From Longimicrobiales bacterium (GTDB lineage Bacteria; Gemmatimonadota; Gemmatimonadetes; Longimicrobiales; Gaopeijiaceae), in contig CBDAON010000004.1 of assembly GCA_965198065.1 (NCBI GenBank), positions 2,240,001 through 2,304,000 on the forward strand: a DNA stretch of 64,000 bases, read 5' to 3'. A program made the translations under genes and the position numbers. Shown here piece by piece: positions 10,313 to 21,130 of the stretch (positions are counted from its first letter, which is position 1; the number at the start of each line of letters is the position of its first letter). The notes below the pieces were generated by a model, which saw only the letters and a program-made list of their open reading frames with translations, ran no database searches and was not told where the DNA came from.

Positions 10313-11777
10313 ACGCTGGGCACTTGCGTCTACCGCGGCCCTGGCCGAGCCACACCCCCGGCTCGACGTCACATTCGTGGATCCCGTCGTGGCTCCCCCT
10401 CGCCGCACTCGTCTTTGCGCTTGCGGGATGCGAACAGGGCGTCCTCACGCCGGGGGGTGAAGTGGTGCGGACCGTCACGATCTCGCCCCTCGAGCCCAGG
10501 CTCGCGCCGGGCCAGGCGCTCCAGCTCAGGCCCTCGTCCACAACCGGCAGGGGCACCCCCTGCTGCGTGAGGCAGAGTGGTCGGTCTCCGACCTGGAGGT
10601 GGCAACCGTAGATGCGGGCGGGCTCCTTCAAGGCGTGAGAACGGGCGAGGCTGAGGTATCGGCGGCAGTCGAGGGCGTGATCGGTTCGACCAAGGTCATC
10701 GTGGAGCCAGCGCTCCCCTCGCCGTTCCCCGAGCACGTATGCGCCCTCTCGGGCACGGGACACATCTGGTGCTGGGGACGGGGGCCCGAGGGCGAGCTCG
10801 GCTCGGGGGCTGTGGCGTCCTCAGCGGTGCCGGTGCTAGTGAACGCCCCCCCTCCTCACATCGATGTGGCGGTCGGGAGCGCGCACACGTGCGCGATTCG
10901 GGAGGGAGGCCAGGCGGCCTGCTGGGGGAGAGGGGCCGAGGGTCAGCTCGGAAACGGAGCGCTCGACGAGGCGAGCGCTCCGGTGGTCGTGGAAAGCACG
11001 GTCCCCCTTCGGCGCATCGTGGCTGGAGAACGTCACACGTGTGCGCTTTCGCGCGAAGGGGAAGCTTACTGCTGGGGCTGGAACGCCTACGGTCAGATCG
11101 GAAACGCGAGCACGGTCGGGCAGTTCCTTCCGGCCCCCGTGGAGACGACTCTCCGATTCATCACGATCGCGGCCGGTGCGAGGCACACCTGCGCGGTCGC
11201 GCAGGATGGCTCCGCATGGTGCTGGGGGGAGAACGAATCCGGCCAGCTCGGCACAGGTGTTGATGGCGAGCCGTCTCTCCTGCCGGCTCGCGTGACCGGG
11301 TCCGTCGGGTTCCAGCGGATCTCCGCCGGGCTAGCCCACACGTGTGCGCTGACCGTCGAGGGGCTGGCGTGGTGCTGGGGAGCGGGCGAGCGGGCGCAAC
11401 GGGCGGACGGACACCTCGAGGACCTCGCAACGCCGGTGCGAGTCTCACTCGACATCCGCTATCAAGACATCTCGGCCGGCGCCCTGCACACGTGCGCAGT
11501 AGCGTTCGGCGGGGCCGCGTACTGCTGGGGAGAGGGACGGTCGGGCCAGATCGGGAACGGCGGCACGGTCCTGGTGGGGAACCCTACCGCCGTGACGGGA
11601 ACGGGGTGGATTTCCATCCACGCGGGATCCTCTCACTCCTGCGGGGTCCGTCAGGACCTGCGAGCCTACTGCTGGGGGTTCGGCGGATTCGGCCAGATCG
11701 GGAACGGGGAGCATGGTGTCTTTCCCCTACCCCAGCGGGTCCTGGGTGAGACGGATCTGATCCGGGTTGGATCGTGA
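10309..11777 (+). pseudogene. lipoprotein with Ig-like domain and RCC1 repeats, frameshifted near 10530-10600
   Basis: Lipobox LAGC; VATVDAGGLLQG Ig-like segment; about seven HTCA...CWG..GQLG RCC1-type repeats. Confidence 0.75.
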
Positions 11778-12281
11778 CGTTCCTCAGGACCCAGCCCTGC
11801 CGCCCCGTCCCGATCGTCGCGGTGTCGGTGATCCTCCTGACGTCTTGCAAGGACGCCCTCACGTTTCCGACGGAGGGGACGCGCTGGATCCACGTCTCGG
11901 CCGGTGGCGCGCACACCTGCGCCGTGAGCGAGACGGGAAGCGTAGCCTGCTGGGGCTCGAACTCCGCCGGGCAGCTGGGTGTGGGTGGCGATGCGCGTGG
12001 GGTGAGCCGGCCCGTGCTCGTCCGGGGCGAGCGGTCGTACACGGATGTCGACGCAGGTGAGGCACACACATGCGCACTGGACACGGCTGGTGGGGCCTGG
12101 TGCTGGGGGCTCAATGATCGCGGACAACTCGGGGATGGCACGACTCAGAACAGGTCCCACCCCGTGCGTGCGGACGTCGGAGACAGATTCGTCCGTCTGT
12201 CCGCAGGTGGGGGTCATACGTGCGCGGTGGACGGGGCCGGACGAGCTATTTGCTGGGGCGACAACCGCTCGGGGCAGCTCG
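11774..12281 (+). pseudogene. second RCC1-repeat lipoprotein, truncated at an abrupt junction
   Basis: Lipobox LTSC and three HTCA...CWG.N..GQLG repeats; the repeat pattern stops at ~12281. Confidence 0.7.
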
Positions 12282-12509
12282 GCGGGAGGCCGGACTCCGC
12301 TGGCCCACGACGGTGCCGTGACGCTTCGGCGCACGGGCGGAGTCATCGAGGCGGACGTCCGCACGGACATCCGCCTGTCCGAGCTCACTATCCGGAGCGG
12401 TGACGAGCTCATGGTGCCCCGGCGCTCGTGGCTGGACCGCAACGTGGCGGCGACCGTCAGCGGGGGCGTGGCCATCTTCGGCATCCTCGTCGCGATCGCC
12501 CTTCGGTGA
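12282..12509 (+). pseudogene. C-terminal fragment of an SLBB-domain polysaccharide export protein (Wza-like)
   Basis: AGGRTPLA...VTLRR...IRSGDELMVPRRSW followed by a terminal TM helix; no N-terminus; directly upstream of the co-polymerase gene. Confidence 0.6.
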
Positions 12510-14080
12510 CGGATCCGGCGCTCGCGGGCGGCGACGCGCCCGCCCGACGGCTCGCGGGGGCCGTACGCGAGAGCTGGTGGGTCGTCGCGGGCGTGACGGC
12601 CCTCGTGGGGTTCGTGACGTTTCTCGCCCTCTTCCGGGTCACCCCGCTCTTCGAGGCCGTGGGCTCGGTTCGCATCGACCGCGAGGGGACGCCGTTCCGA
12701 GGGCTCGATGCCCTTGAGACGCTCGAGGTCCTGACCGGTACGACCGGGCCGGGCATCCAGACGGAGATGGCGGTCCTCAGAAGCCGCACGCTCGCGCTCC
12801 TCGTGGACGAGGAGCTGTCGATCCGCGCCCGGGTCGAGCGACCGATCGGCACGCCGCGCTCCCTCCTGTTCCGGGAGCTCCAGGTGGACCCCACCATTCC
12901 CGAAACCCAGATCGAGCTGGAGTGGGTGGGGGAGGCCTACCGGGTCGAGGCGGAACGACGGGAGCCTCCCGAGGTATGGCGGCCGTTCCGCCTGATCCCC
13001 TGGGTGGAGGCGGGCACCGCCGAGGTCCGGCCCGGCGAGGCGTTCGACGTGGCCGGAGTGCGGGGGGTGCTCACCGACGAGGCCCCCGATCTCGCGCCTC
13101 GGATCCGCGTAGCGATCCGATCCGACGAGGAGTTTTACGACGAGTACCTCCGCTTCCTATCGGTTCTGCGTCCAGCGCGCGAGGCGGAGCTCGTGGAGAT
13201 GCGGTTCCGAAGCCCCGACCCGAGTATCGCGCGGGATGTGGTCAACCGGCTGTCCGCCCGTTACATCGCGGACCGCCAATCGCTCCGCGCGAGGGAGGCC
13301 CGGTCCACGGCCTCCTTCCTGGCCGACCAGGTCGTGCGGGTGAGGGACGAGCTGGGCATGGCGGAAAACGATCTCCGTCGGTTCCGCGAGAGGGAGCAGG
13401 TGATCGCCCCCCTCGCGGAGGCGCAGGCCCAGGTGACACGGCTCACCGAGATGCGGGGGCAGAGGGACGTGACCGACGCCGAGCGGCGGGCGCTCGAGGG
13501 CCTGCTTGCGCAGATCGTCCAGGAAGACGCGGCGTCGCCGGGGGGCGCGTCGCCGTGGCGGCGCCTCATCGCCTTTCCGACCCTTCTCCGGAATGCCGCG
13601 ACGGCGGAGTTCCTGCGCCTCCTCGGGGAGCTCGAGAACGACCGCGCGGTCCTTCTCGAAACCCGGGCGCCGGAGGATCCCCTCGCGGTCCAGCTTTCCG
13701 GCCGGATCCGGGACCTGGAGGGTCAGCTCCGAAGCATGACGGAGACGTACCTCGCGGGCCTCGGGCGACAGGTCGCCTCGCTCGATGTCACGCTCGAGGC
13801 GTCGGGGGCGGAGCTGGACCGCATCCCGGCGGCCGACCTGGAGTTCGCCCGCCATACGCGCCGGGTCGAGCTTCTGAGCGAGGTGCTCACGGTCCTCGAG
13901 GTGCGGCAGCGCGAGGCCGAGATCCAGGCGGTCGTCGAGGACATGAGCGTGCAGGTCGTGGATGCCGCTCCGCTGCCTCTGGAGCCCGTGACCCCGCGGC
14001 CGTGGCTCTCGCTTGCCCTCAGCCTCCTCGTGGGAACGGCTCTTGGCACCGTGGGCGCGCTGATCCGCCAGGGGGCCTGA
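12506..14080 (+). CDS. polysaccharide co-polymerase (GumC/Wzc-like periplasmic portion, no fused kinase)
   Basis: N-terminal TM, TEMAVLRSR, long coiled coil, VQVVDAA..P..PVTPR and a C-terminal TM; GTG overlaps the previous stop. Confidence 0.8.
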   Translation: MTDPALAGGDAPARRLAGAVRESWWVVAGVTALVGFVTFLALFRVTPLFEAVGSVRIDREGTPFRGLDALETLEVLTGTTGPGIQTEMAVLRSRTLALLVDEELSIRARVERPIGTPRSLLFRELQVDPTIPETQIELEWVGEAYRVEAERREPPEVWRPFRLIPWVEAGTAEVRPGEAFDVAGVRGVLTDEAPDLAPRIRVAIRSDEEFYDEYLRFLSVLRPAREAELVEMRFRSPDPSIARDVVNRLSARYIADRQSLRAREARSTASFLADQVVRVRDELGMAENDLRRFREREQVIAPLAEAQAQVTRLTEMRGQRDVTDAERRALEGLLAQIVQEDAASPGGASPWRRLIAFPTLLRNAATAEFLRLLGELENDRAVLLETRAPEDPLAVQLSGRIRDLEGQLRSMTETYLAGLGRQVASLDVTLEASGAELDRIPAADLEFARHTRRVELLSEVLTVLEVRQREAEIQAVVEDMSVQVVDAAPLPLEPVTPRPWLSLALSLLVGTALGTVGALIRQGA

Positions 14081-14109
14081 CCTCCGGCCGGCGAGGCGGC
14101 AGCCAAGCG

Positions 14110-16131
14110 ATGTGTGGGATCGTGGGGACCTACGGGACTCCAGTCTCCGAGGAGAGGTGCGCGGAGGCGCTCCGTCGCCTACGACATCGTGGGCCTGACG
14201 ACGAGGGAGCCGACCGGAGCGGGGCCGGGGCGGCGGAAATCTGGCTCGGCTTTCGGCGGCTCGCGATCCAGGATCCGTCGCCGCGCGGCAATCAGCCGAT
14301 GATGGATCCCCAGGGCCGCCGCCGGATCGTGTTCAACGGCGAGATCTACAACGTCCGCTCGCTTCGGCGGGAGCTCGAGAGCCGCGGGCATCGTTTCCGT
14401 ACCACCACGGACACGGAGGTGCTACTCGCCGGGTAGACCGAGTGGGCTGAGGGGGTCCTCCCCCGGCTCGTCGGGATGTTCGCCTTCGCCGTGGCGGACC
14501 CTGTCGCAGGGGAGCTCTTCCTCGCTCGCGACCACTTGGGGATCAAGCCGCTTTACGTGCACGAGGGCCCGGATCGATTCGCGTTCGCCTCCGAGGTGAA
14601 GGCGATCCTTCCCCTCCTGGACGAGCGGCCGGAGCTCGATGTGGCGGAGGCCGCCAGGTTCTTCACGTTCCTCTGGGTCCCCCCCTCGGCCACGCTCCTC
14701 CGCGGGATCCGGTCGGTACCCGCGGGAGGATGGCTCCGCGTCGGGCCCGACGGGCTCCGCCAGGGCACGTGGTGGGAGCTTCCCGTCGCCGCGGAGGCGC
14801 CCGCGCGCCTGCGAGACTCCGACCGGGGACGGCCCGGCGGGCCAGCACTGGCTGATCGCCCAGCGGCAACGGGTCGCCCAGCGGGATCGGGTTACCCTCC
14901 GACCCTGGAAGAAGCGGCGGAGGAGTTGGACCACCTGCTCCGCGAGGCAGTCGGCCTCCAGCTCATCGGGGACGTGCCGCTTGGAGCGTTCCTCTCGGAT
15001 GGGGTGGACTCGACGCTCCTCGTCGCGCTCATGCGGGGCTTCGGCGATGCGCCGGTTCGCACGCACACTGCCGTCTTCCCGGCAGAGGACCGCGGGTGGA
15101 GGATCGAGGAAGACGACGCGCCGTGAGCGCGGCGAGCCCGGGAGCTCCTCCCCGGGCTGGAAGCGCACGAGCACGTCCTCGATCCGCAGGTCGCAGAGCT
15201 TCTTCCCCGGATCGTGTGGCATCTGGACGATCCGGTGGCCGATCCCGCGGCCCTCGCGACGCTCGTGATCTGCGAGGCGGCCCGTCCGACGACCACGGTG
15301 CTCCTTTCGGGGATCGGCGCGGAGGAGTTGTTCGCGGGCTACCCGCGTCATCGGGCCGCACTCCTCGGGGAGCACTACCAGCGGATCCCCCGCTGGCTCC
15401 GCGCCGAGGTAGTGGAGCCGCTGGCGGCGCGCCTTCCCGCCGGGCGTCCCGGCCGTCTCCTCGGCCCGAGCCGTAAGGCTCGGAAGTTCGTCCGGGGAGC
15501 CTCGCTCCCGTTCGAGGAGCGCTATCTCTCGTTTTCCAGCTACTTCGATGGAGCCGAGACGGCGGCCCTCGTGCCCGGGGCCGCCGGGATCGACCCGTGG
15601 GACCGGCATCGGACGGTGCTCGAGCGTACGCGCGGCCAGCACCCCCTCCGCCGGATGACCCATCTCGATCTCCTCACCTTCCTTCCCTCCCTCAACCTGG
15701 CGTACACAGACCGCGCGAGCATGGCCGCGTCCGTCGAGGTGCGCGTTCCGTACCTAGACCACCGGATCGTGGAGTGGTCACGCAGGCTCCCCGTCGATCA
15801 CCTGCTCGAGGGAAGCCGATCGAAGCGGGTGCTGAAGGCTGTCGCGGAGCGCTATCTGCCGAGGGACCTCGTGCATCGCAGGAAGGCGGGATTCCAGGCC
15901 CCGGTCCGCGCGTGGGTGAACGGGCCTCTACGTCCCATGATCCAGGAGCTCCTGAGCGAGGAGCGCCTCCAGCGAAGGGGGGTGCTCGAGCCCGGAGAGG
16001 TCGGCCGGATCGTAGACGCGACCTGGGCGGGGCGGGAGGACAACGCTCTCCGGATCTGGGCCTTCCTGACGTTCGAGATCTGGGCGACGACCTTCCTCGA
16101 CGGGGACGGCGCAGCGCCGGCGGCCGTGTGA
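14110..16131 (+). pseudogene. asnB: asparagine synthase (glutamine-hydrolysing)-like amidotransferase with two in-frame stops
   Basis: MCGIVG, GFRRLAI, FNGEIYN, RDHLGIKPLY, LSGIGAEELFAGY, DRASMAASVEVRVPYLDH, all in one frame; TAG at 14434-14436 and TGA at 15124-15126. Confidence 0.88.
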
Positions 16132-16150
16132 CGGCGTGCGGAGATCCGGC

Positions 16151-17488
16151 GTGAGGACGGCTGGCACCCTCGAGCGGGCCGTTGCCCGCGATTATCTCTA
16201 CAACGTGCTGGGCCAGGGCGTGCCCCTGGCCGTCGCCCTAGCGACCGTGCCCCTCCTCCTCGGCGGGCTGGGCGAGGCCCGGTTCGGGATTCTCGGGCTC
16301 GCCTGGATGTTCGTGACGTTCGCGGGCGAGGTGGGATTCGGGCGTGCCGTGACACGCTACGTCTCCGCTGCCCGCGCCTCGGCCGGCGAAGCGGTGCGGG
16401 GGATCGTCCGCGCCGGGGCCCGCGCCCAGCTTGTCCTGGGTGTCGCTTTGGGCGCCTGCCTAGCTATGGCGACGCTCTGGCTCGCCGGGCCGGCGCTCGG
16501 GATCCCGTCGGAGCTCCAGGGCGAGTGTCGTGCCGCTTTTCTCTGGATGGCGGTCGGCGCCCCGGCCGTCCTGCTCGCCGGAGCCCATAGGGGCGGGCTC
16601 GAGGGCGTCCAGCGCTTCGACCTCGTGAACCTGATCCGGGGAGCCGCCGGGACCGCAAACTTCCTCCTCCCCCTCGTGGCGCTCGCGCTGGGGTGGGGAG
16701 TCGGCGGGGTCGTCGGGCTTCTCATGGCCTCGCGCGTCGCGCTCGCGCTCTTTGGGGCGTTCGACGCGGCCGTGCCGAGGGTGGACGCGACCGCCGCCAA
16801 AAGCCCCTCTGCGGCACCCGACACGGCCGTCGCTCCGGCCCTTCCGGAGCTCCTCCGGTTCGGCGGATGGGTAAGCCTGAACGCCCTCCTCTCCCCCATC
16901 CTTGGGTACATGGACCGGGTGATCCTCGCGGGGGTCTTGGGAGTGGCGGCAGTGGGCAGGTACGTGCCGCCCTGGGAGGCGATCGTCCGGCTCGGGCTCG
17001 TCCCCGCGAGCGTTATGACCGCTCTCGTTCCCGTGTTCTCGGCGCTCGAGGAAGCCCGGAGCACGGAGAGCGTTCGACGACTCGCGCTCAGGAGCGCGGG
17101 CTCGATCCTGGTCCTCACGGGGGTGCCCGCGCTGGCAGCCGCTCTATGGGCCGGGCCGCTCCTCTCCCTCTGGCTCGGGGAGGCGTTTCATCCCGACGGA
17201 GCGGCAGCGCTCCGGATCCTCTCAATCGGAGTCGTCGCGAACGCCCTGGGCTTCGTGGCTCTGGAGCTCCTCCAGGCGGTAAGGCGCCCCGAGCTCCCTG
17301 CGATGCTCCAGATCGCCGAGGTCCCACTCCAGTTGGGGCTCGCCTGGCTCCTGGTCTCCCGGTTCGGCGTTCAGGGCGCGGCCATGGCGTGGAGCATCCG
17401 TTGCGGGGTCGACTCCGCGGGACTGTGGCTTCTGGCGCTGTACCAGACCCGCAGGTCGCCGGCCCCGGCCGGGGGAAAGATCACGTGA
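16151..17488 (+). CDS. Wzx-type flippase (MOP/MATE superfamily)
   Basis: Many TM helices, LGEARFG and FGGWVSL...YMDRVIL...GRY flippase pattern; locus context. Confidence 0.82.
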   Translation: MRTAGTLERAVARDYLYNVLGQGVPLAVALATVPLLLGGLGEARFGILGLAWMFVTFAGEVGFGRAVTRYVSAARASAGEAVRGIVRAGARAQLVLGVALGACLAMATLWLAGPALGIPSELQGECRAAFLWMAVGAPAVLLAGAHRGGLEGVQRFDLVNLIRGAAGTANFLLPLVALALGWGVGGVVGLLMASRVALALFGAFDAAVPRVDATAAKSPSAAPDTAVAPALPELLRFGGWVSLNALLSPILGYMDRVILAGVLGVAAVGRYVPPWEAIVRLGLVPASVMTALVPVFSALEEARSTESVRRLALRSAGSILVLTGVPALAAALWAGPLLSLWLGEAFHPDGAAALRILSIGVVANALGFVALELLQAVRRPELPAMLQIAEVPLQLGLAWLLVSRFGVQGAAMAWSIRCGVDSAGLWLLALYQTRRSPAPAGGKIT

Positions 17489-19601
17489 CCGAAGAGCGGA
17501 GGACGCCCGCGCCTGACGTCACCGTGGTCATGGTGACTTGGAACGTGCGGGACGTCGCGCTCCGGTCTATCGATCTCCTGCTCGAGCGCGCCGGAGATCT
17601 CGACCTCGAGGTCATCGTCGTGGACAACGCGTCCCATGACGGCGCCGTCGAGGCCATCCGCTCGCGCCATCCCGGAGTCGTCGTGATCGCAAACCGGGAG
17701 AACGTTGGCTTCGCGAGGGCGTGCAACCAGGGGCTCGATGCGGCCCGCGGGCGTCACCTTCTCCTCCTGAACCCCGACGCATGGCCAGGCGACGCGCGGA
17801 CGCTCGCCGGCCTCGTCGGGGCCCTCGATCGGGATCCGACGCTGGGCGCGGTGGGACCGAGGATCGAGTATCCCGATGGAGTCCTCCAGGCCCAGTGTGG
17901 GCGGCGCGACTACCGGCTGAGACACCTCGTCTGGGTGACTGGGATCACCGGGGACGCCGGGAGGTGGAGGCCATCTCGGGCGCGTTTCTTCTCGTGCGCA
18001 CGCGGGCCGCTCGCATGGCCGGGGGGATTCCCGAAGATGTCTTCCTCTACTACGACGATCTCGCGCTCTGCGTCCGGCTACGGCGCCGCGGGTGGCGGAT
18101 CGAGTGCCTTGGGGACCTGACGGCCGTGCACGAAGGGGGCGCTTCCACCCGGCAGCATGTTGCGCCCGTAGACCTCTTCGAGGGGGAGGTGCGGGTCCGT
18201 CTCATCCGTGAGCGGTCGGGTCCCCTCTGGGGCCTCCTGTCGCGGGTGCTCATGGGCGCTCGCTCGCTCACGCGACTCGGGATCGCCCTTGCCCTCTGGC
18301 CCGTCCCCGGACTCGAATCCATGAGGAAGGAGCGGCCACGGCTCTTCCAGACGCGCCGACACGCGCTCCTCCTTCTCTGGAGTGTCTGGCCCTCTCGCGT
18401 CCGGCGCGCTCTTCCCACCGCACCGTCCCGCCCGGATCGCGGCCCGCGGATCCTCCTGGTCGGGCCGACCCCCCCTCCGGCGCACGGGAACTCCGTGTGG
18501 ACCGCGACCGTGCTGGGTCACCCGCGCGTCCGCGCCGCGCTCGAGGTCGAGCACCTCGACACCTCGGATCGGCGGACGATCTCGAACCTCGGCACTTTCG
18601 ACCTGCGGAACGTGGCGCTCGCCGTGCGCCACGCCCTGGAGCTGGCGGCGCTCTGCCGACGCTTCCGTCCCTCGGTGGTCTACGTTCCGCTGTCCCAGAA
18701 CGCGCTGGGATTCTTGCGCGACGCGCTCCTCGTCCGGATCGCGGCCGGGAGGGGGTCGAAGGTCGTCGTGCATCTCCACGGCGGGGAGCTCGACCGGTTC
18801 CTCGAGAGGTGTGCGGCCCCGCTCCGGGCGGTGGTCCGGAGCACGGCACGGCGGATCGAGGAGGGGTGGGTGCTCGCCGAGGGGCTTCGGCCCCAGTTCG
18901 CGTCGCTCCTCCCCGCGGAACGTGTCCGCGTCGTCCCGAACGGCGTCCGGGACTGGACGAGGGATCCGTGTGTGGGGCCGGAGCGCGAGCAGCGCCCCGT
19001 CGGGCGGGGTGGACGGGCTACCGAGCCCGGGCCGACCCGCGTCCTCTATCTGGGACAGCTTTCCAGAAAGAAGGGCGTGTTCGACCTCTTCGATGCGCTC
19101 GCCAGTCTGGACACTGATGGATCCCACGTGCGACTTCACCTGGCCGGGAGCTGGCTGGATCCAACCCAGGAGATCGAGGCAGCGGCCTGCATCGGAACGC
19201 TCCGGGCCGAGGGAGTCGACGTGGAGGAACACGGGGTCGCGGACGACGCATTAAAGGCGCGGCTGCTCGGCTCGACAGACCTGTTCGTCCTCCCCTCCCT
19301 GGCCGAGGGGCAGCCGCTCACGATCCTCGAGGCCATGGCCGGCGATCTCCCCGTGGTCGCGACGCGGGCGGGTGGGGTCCCGGACCTAGTTGTGGACGGA
19401 GAGACCGGCGTGCTGGTCGAGCCGGGAAACGTACCGGCTCTCCGGGAGGCCCTTCAGGCCCTCGCTCGGAGCGGGGAGGAAAGGCGACGGATGGGCCGAG
19501 CGGCCCGGATACGCTACCTTGAGCGGTTTACCTACGACCGGCTCACGGAACGGCTGGTGAGCGCGTTCCGTGACGTAGCGGAGCGGGAGCGAGCTCTGTG
19601 A
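17485..19601 (+). pseudogene. bifunctional GT2 + GT4 glycosyltransferase, frameshift or small deletion near 17930
   Basis: VVDNASHDG, NVGFARACN and LLNPD (GT2); after the shift SGAFLLVR and FLYYDD run without a stop into GT4 motifs HLHG, KKG, FVLPSLAEGQPLTILEAMA. Confidence 0.8.
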
Positions 19602-21115
19602 ACCGCGGATCAGAGGCGCTCTCCAGACAGGGGACGATCGGTCGGCCGCTCGAGGGGATCGGGTTCGGTCGGCTTCCCTGGTCCAGCGCGACCGCTTGGG
19701 CCGCATCCCTCGGGGGGCCCCTGGCGCTCGGCGTGGGGCTGGCACTCGCCCCCTGGGACGTGGCGGGCGTGGCGCTCGGCGCGGCCATCTTCGTGGCCGC
19801 CGTGCGGTGGCCGCTCCCGATGCTGGGCATCTTCCTCACGCTCGGGCCGCTGGATCTCTCGTTCCTCACGGGGGGATTCAAGGAGCTCCTCCCCGGGCTG
19901 GGCGGGCTGGACATGAACGGGATCCGCCTGGTGGCGATGGTATCGGCGTTCGCGCTTCTGGCGATCCTCGACCCCAGGCTGCGCCCGCGGCTCTGGTCGC
20001 CTCCCGTCCGCTGGTACGTGCTCTTCCTCCTGCTGGCCGCGGCGACGATACCGGTGTCCGTCGCTCCCCTCGAGGGAGCGCGCCTCCTCTTCAAGATGGC
20101 GTGGCCGCTCCTCGTGTTTCTGGTCGTTTCCCATCCGGACCGCACGGGGGAGGAGCTCGATCGCCTGGCGGACTGGGTCCTGATTGGCGCGGCCGCCATC
20201 GTCGTCGTGAACCCGCTTTTCGTGGCTGCGGGCGGATACGAGTTCGACGTGGACGGACGGCTCCGCGTGCAAGGGGTCGGGCTCCACGAAAACCCGTTCT
20301 CGTTCTACCTCCTATTCGTCGTAATTCTCTCGCTCACCCGATTTGCCGCACGAGCGCAGGCCCGCTACCTGCTCCTGGCGACGGCGGCCGGCATCTGGAT
20401 GGGGCTCAGCCTCACGCGGATCACCTTCCTCGCCGCCCTCGTCGCGCTGGGCGCCGCTGCGCTCTACGCCGCCTTCGTGCGGCGCAACGTCCGGCTCGTG
20501 GTCGTGGCCCTAACCGCGGTTGCCGTCGTGGCCGTCGCGTTCGTGCCCGTGGCTCTCGAGCGAACGTTCGGGTACGTGCCTTCGCCCGGAGAGCTGTGGG
20601 GGTTCGCCCGGGATCCGGTGACGCTGTACGGAACGATCAACCTCCAGGGGCGGGAGCTCTACTGGGGGCTCCTTTACCTGGCGTGGAGGGGAAGCCCGTG
20701 GATCGGCCTCGGCCTCGGGTCGTCCAGTGGCATCATCCAGGATGTCCTTCCCCCTGAGTACGGGGCGGTTGCCCACAACGAGTACCTGCGGCTCGGTACG
20801 GACCTGGGCTGGTTCGGTCTCGCTCTCATGCTGCTCGTAGGATGGAGCTGGATCCGGGCCGCCTGGGGAAGGGGGGAATGGGCGTTTCCGGATCTTGCGG
20901 CGCTCGTGGTTTGGATCGTGATCTCGATCACGGACAACGCCCTCGACTACTACGCTCCGTTCACGCAGTTCGTCGGGTTCGCGGTCGCGATGGCAGTGGC
21001 GCGCGATCGGCTGGCGGGCCCGGCTGACGATGACCGAGCGCCAACCGGTCGGCCGCCGCCGCCGGCGGACCGACCTCCCGAGGCCGATCGACTATCGCCC
21101 CCGACCGGCGGCTGA
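19598..21115 (+). CDS. O-antigen ligase / Wzy polymerase family membrane protein
   Basis: Polytopic membrane protein with PWIGLGLG and AHNEYL (Wzy_C/WaaL) motifs. Confidence 0.8.
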   Translation: MNRGSEALSRQGTIGRPLEGIGFGRLPWSSATAWAASLGGPLALGVGLALAPWDVAGVALGAAIFVAAVRWPLPMLGIFLTLGPLDLSFLTGGFKELLPGLGGLDMNGIRLVAMVSAFALLAILDPRLRPRLWSPPVRWYVLFLLLAAATIPVSVAPLEGARLLFKMAWPLLVFLVVSHPDRTGEELDRLADWVLIGAAAIVVVNPLFVAAGGYEFDVDGRLRVQGVGLHENPFSFYLLFVVILSLTRFAARAQARYLLLATAAGIWMGLSLTRITFLAALVALGAAALYAAFVRRNVRLVVVALTAVAVVAVAFVPVALERTFGYVPSPGELWGFARDPVTLYGTINLQGRELYWGLLYLAWRGSPWIGLGLGSSSGIIQDVLPPEYGAVAHNEYLRLGTDLGWFGLALMLLVGWSWIRAAWGRGEWAFPDLAALVVWIVISITDNALDYYAPFTQFVGFAVAMAVARDRLAGPADDDRAPTGRPPPPADRPPEADRLSPPTGG

Positions 21116-21130
21116 GATCGCGATCGCCGC

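Noticed and set aside
10309..12281. RCC1 repeats as a DNA repeat array
   Set aside because: These are degenerate protein-level beta-propeller repeats, not nucleotide repeats.
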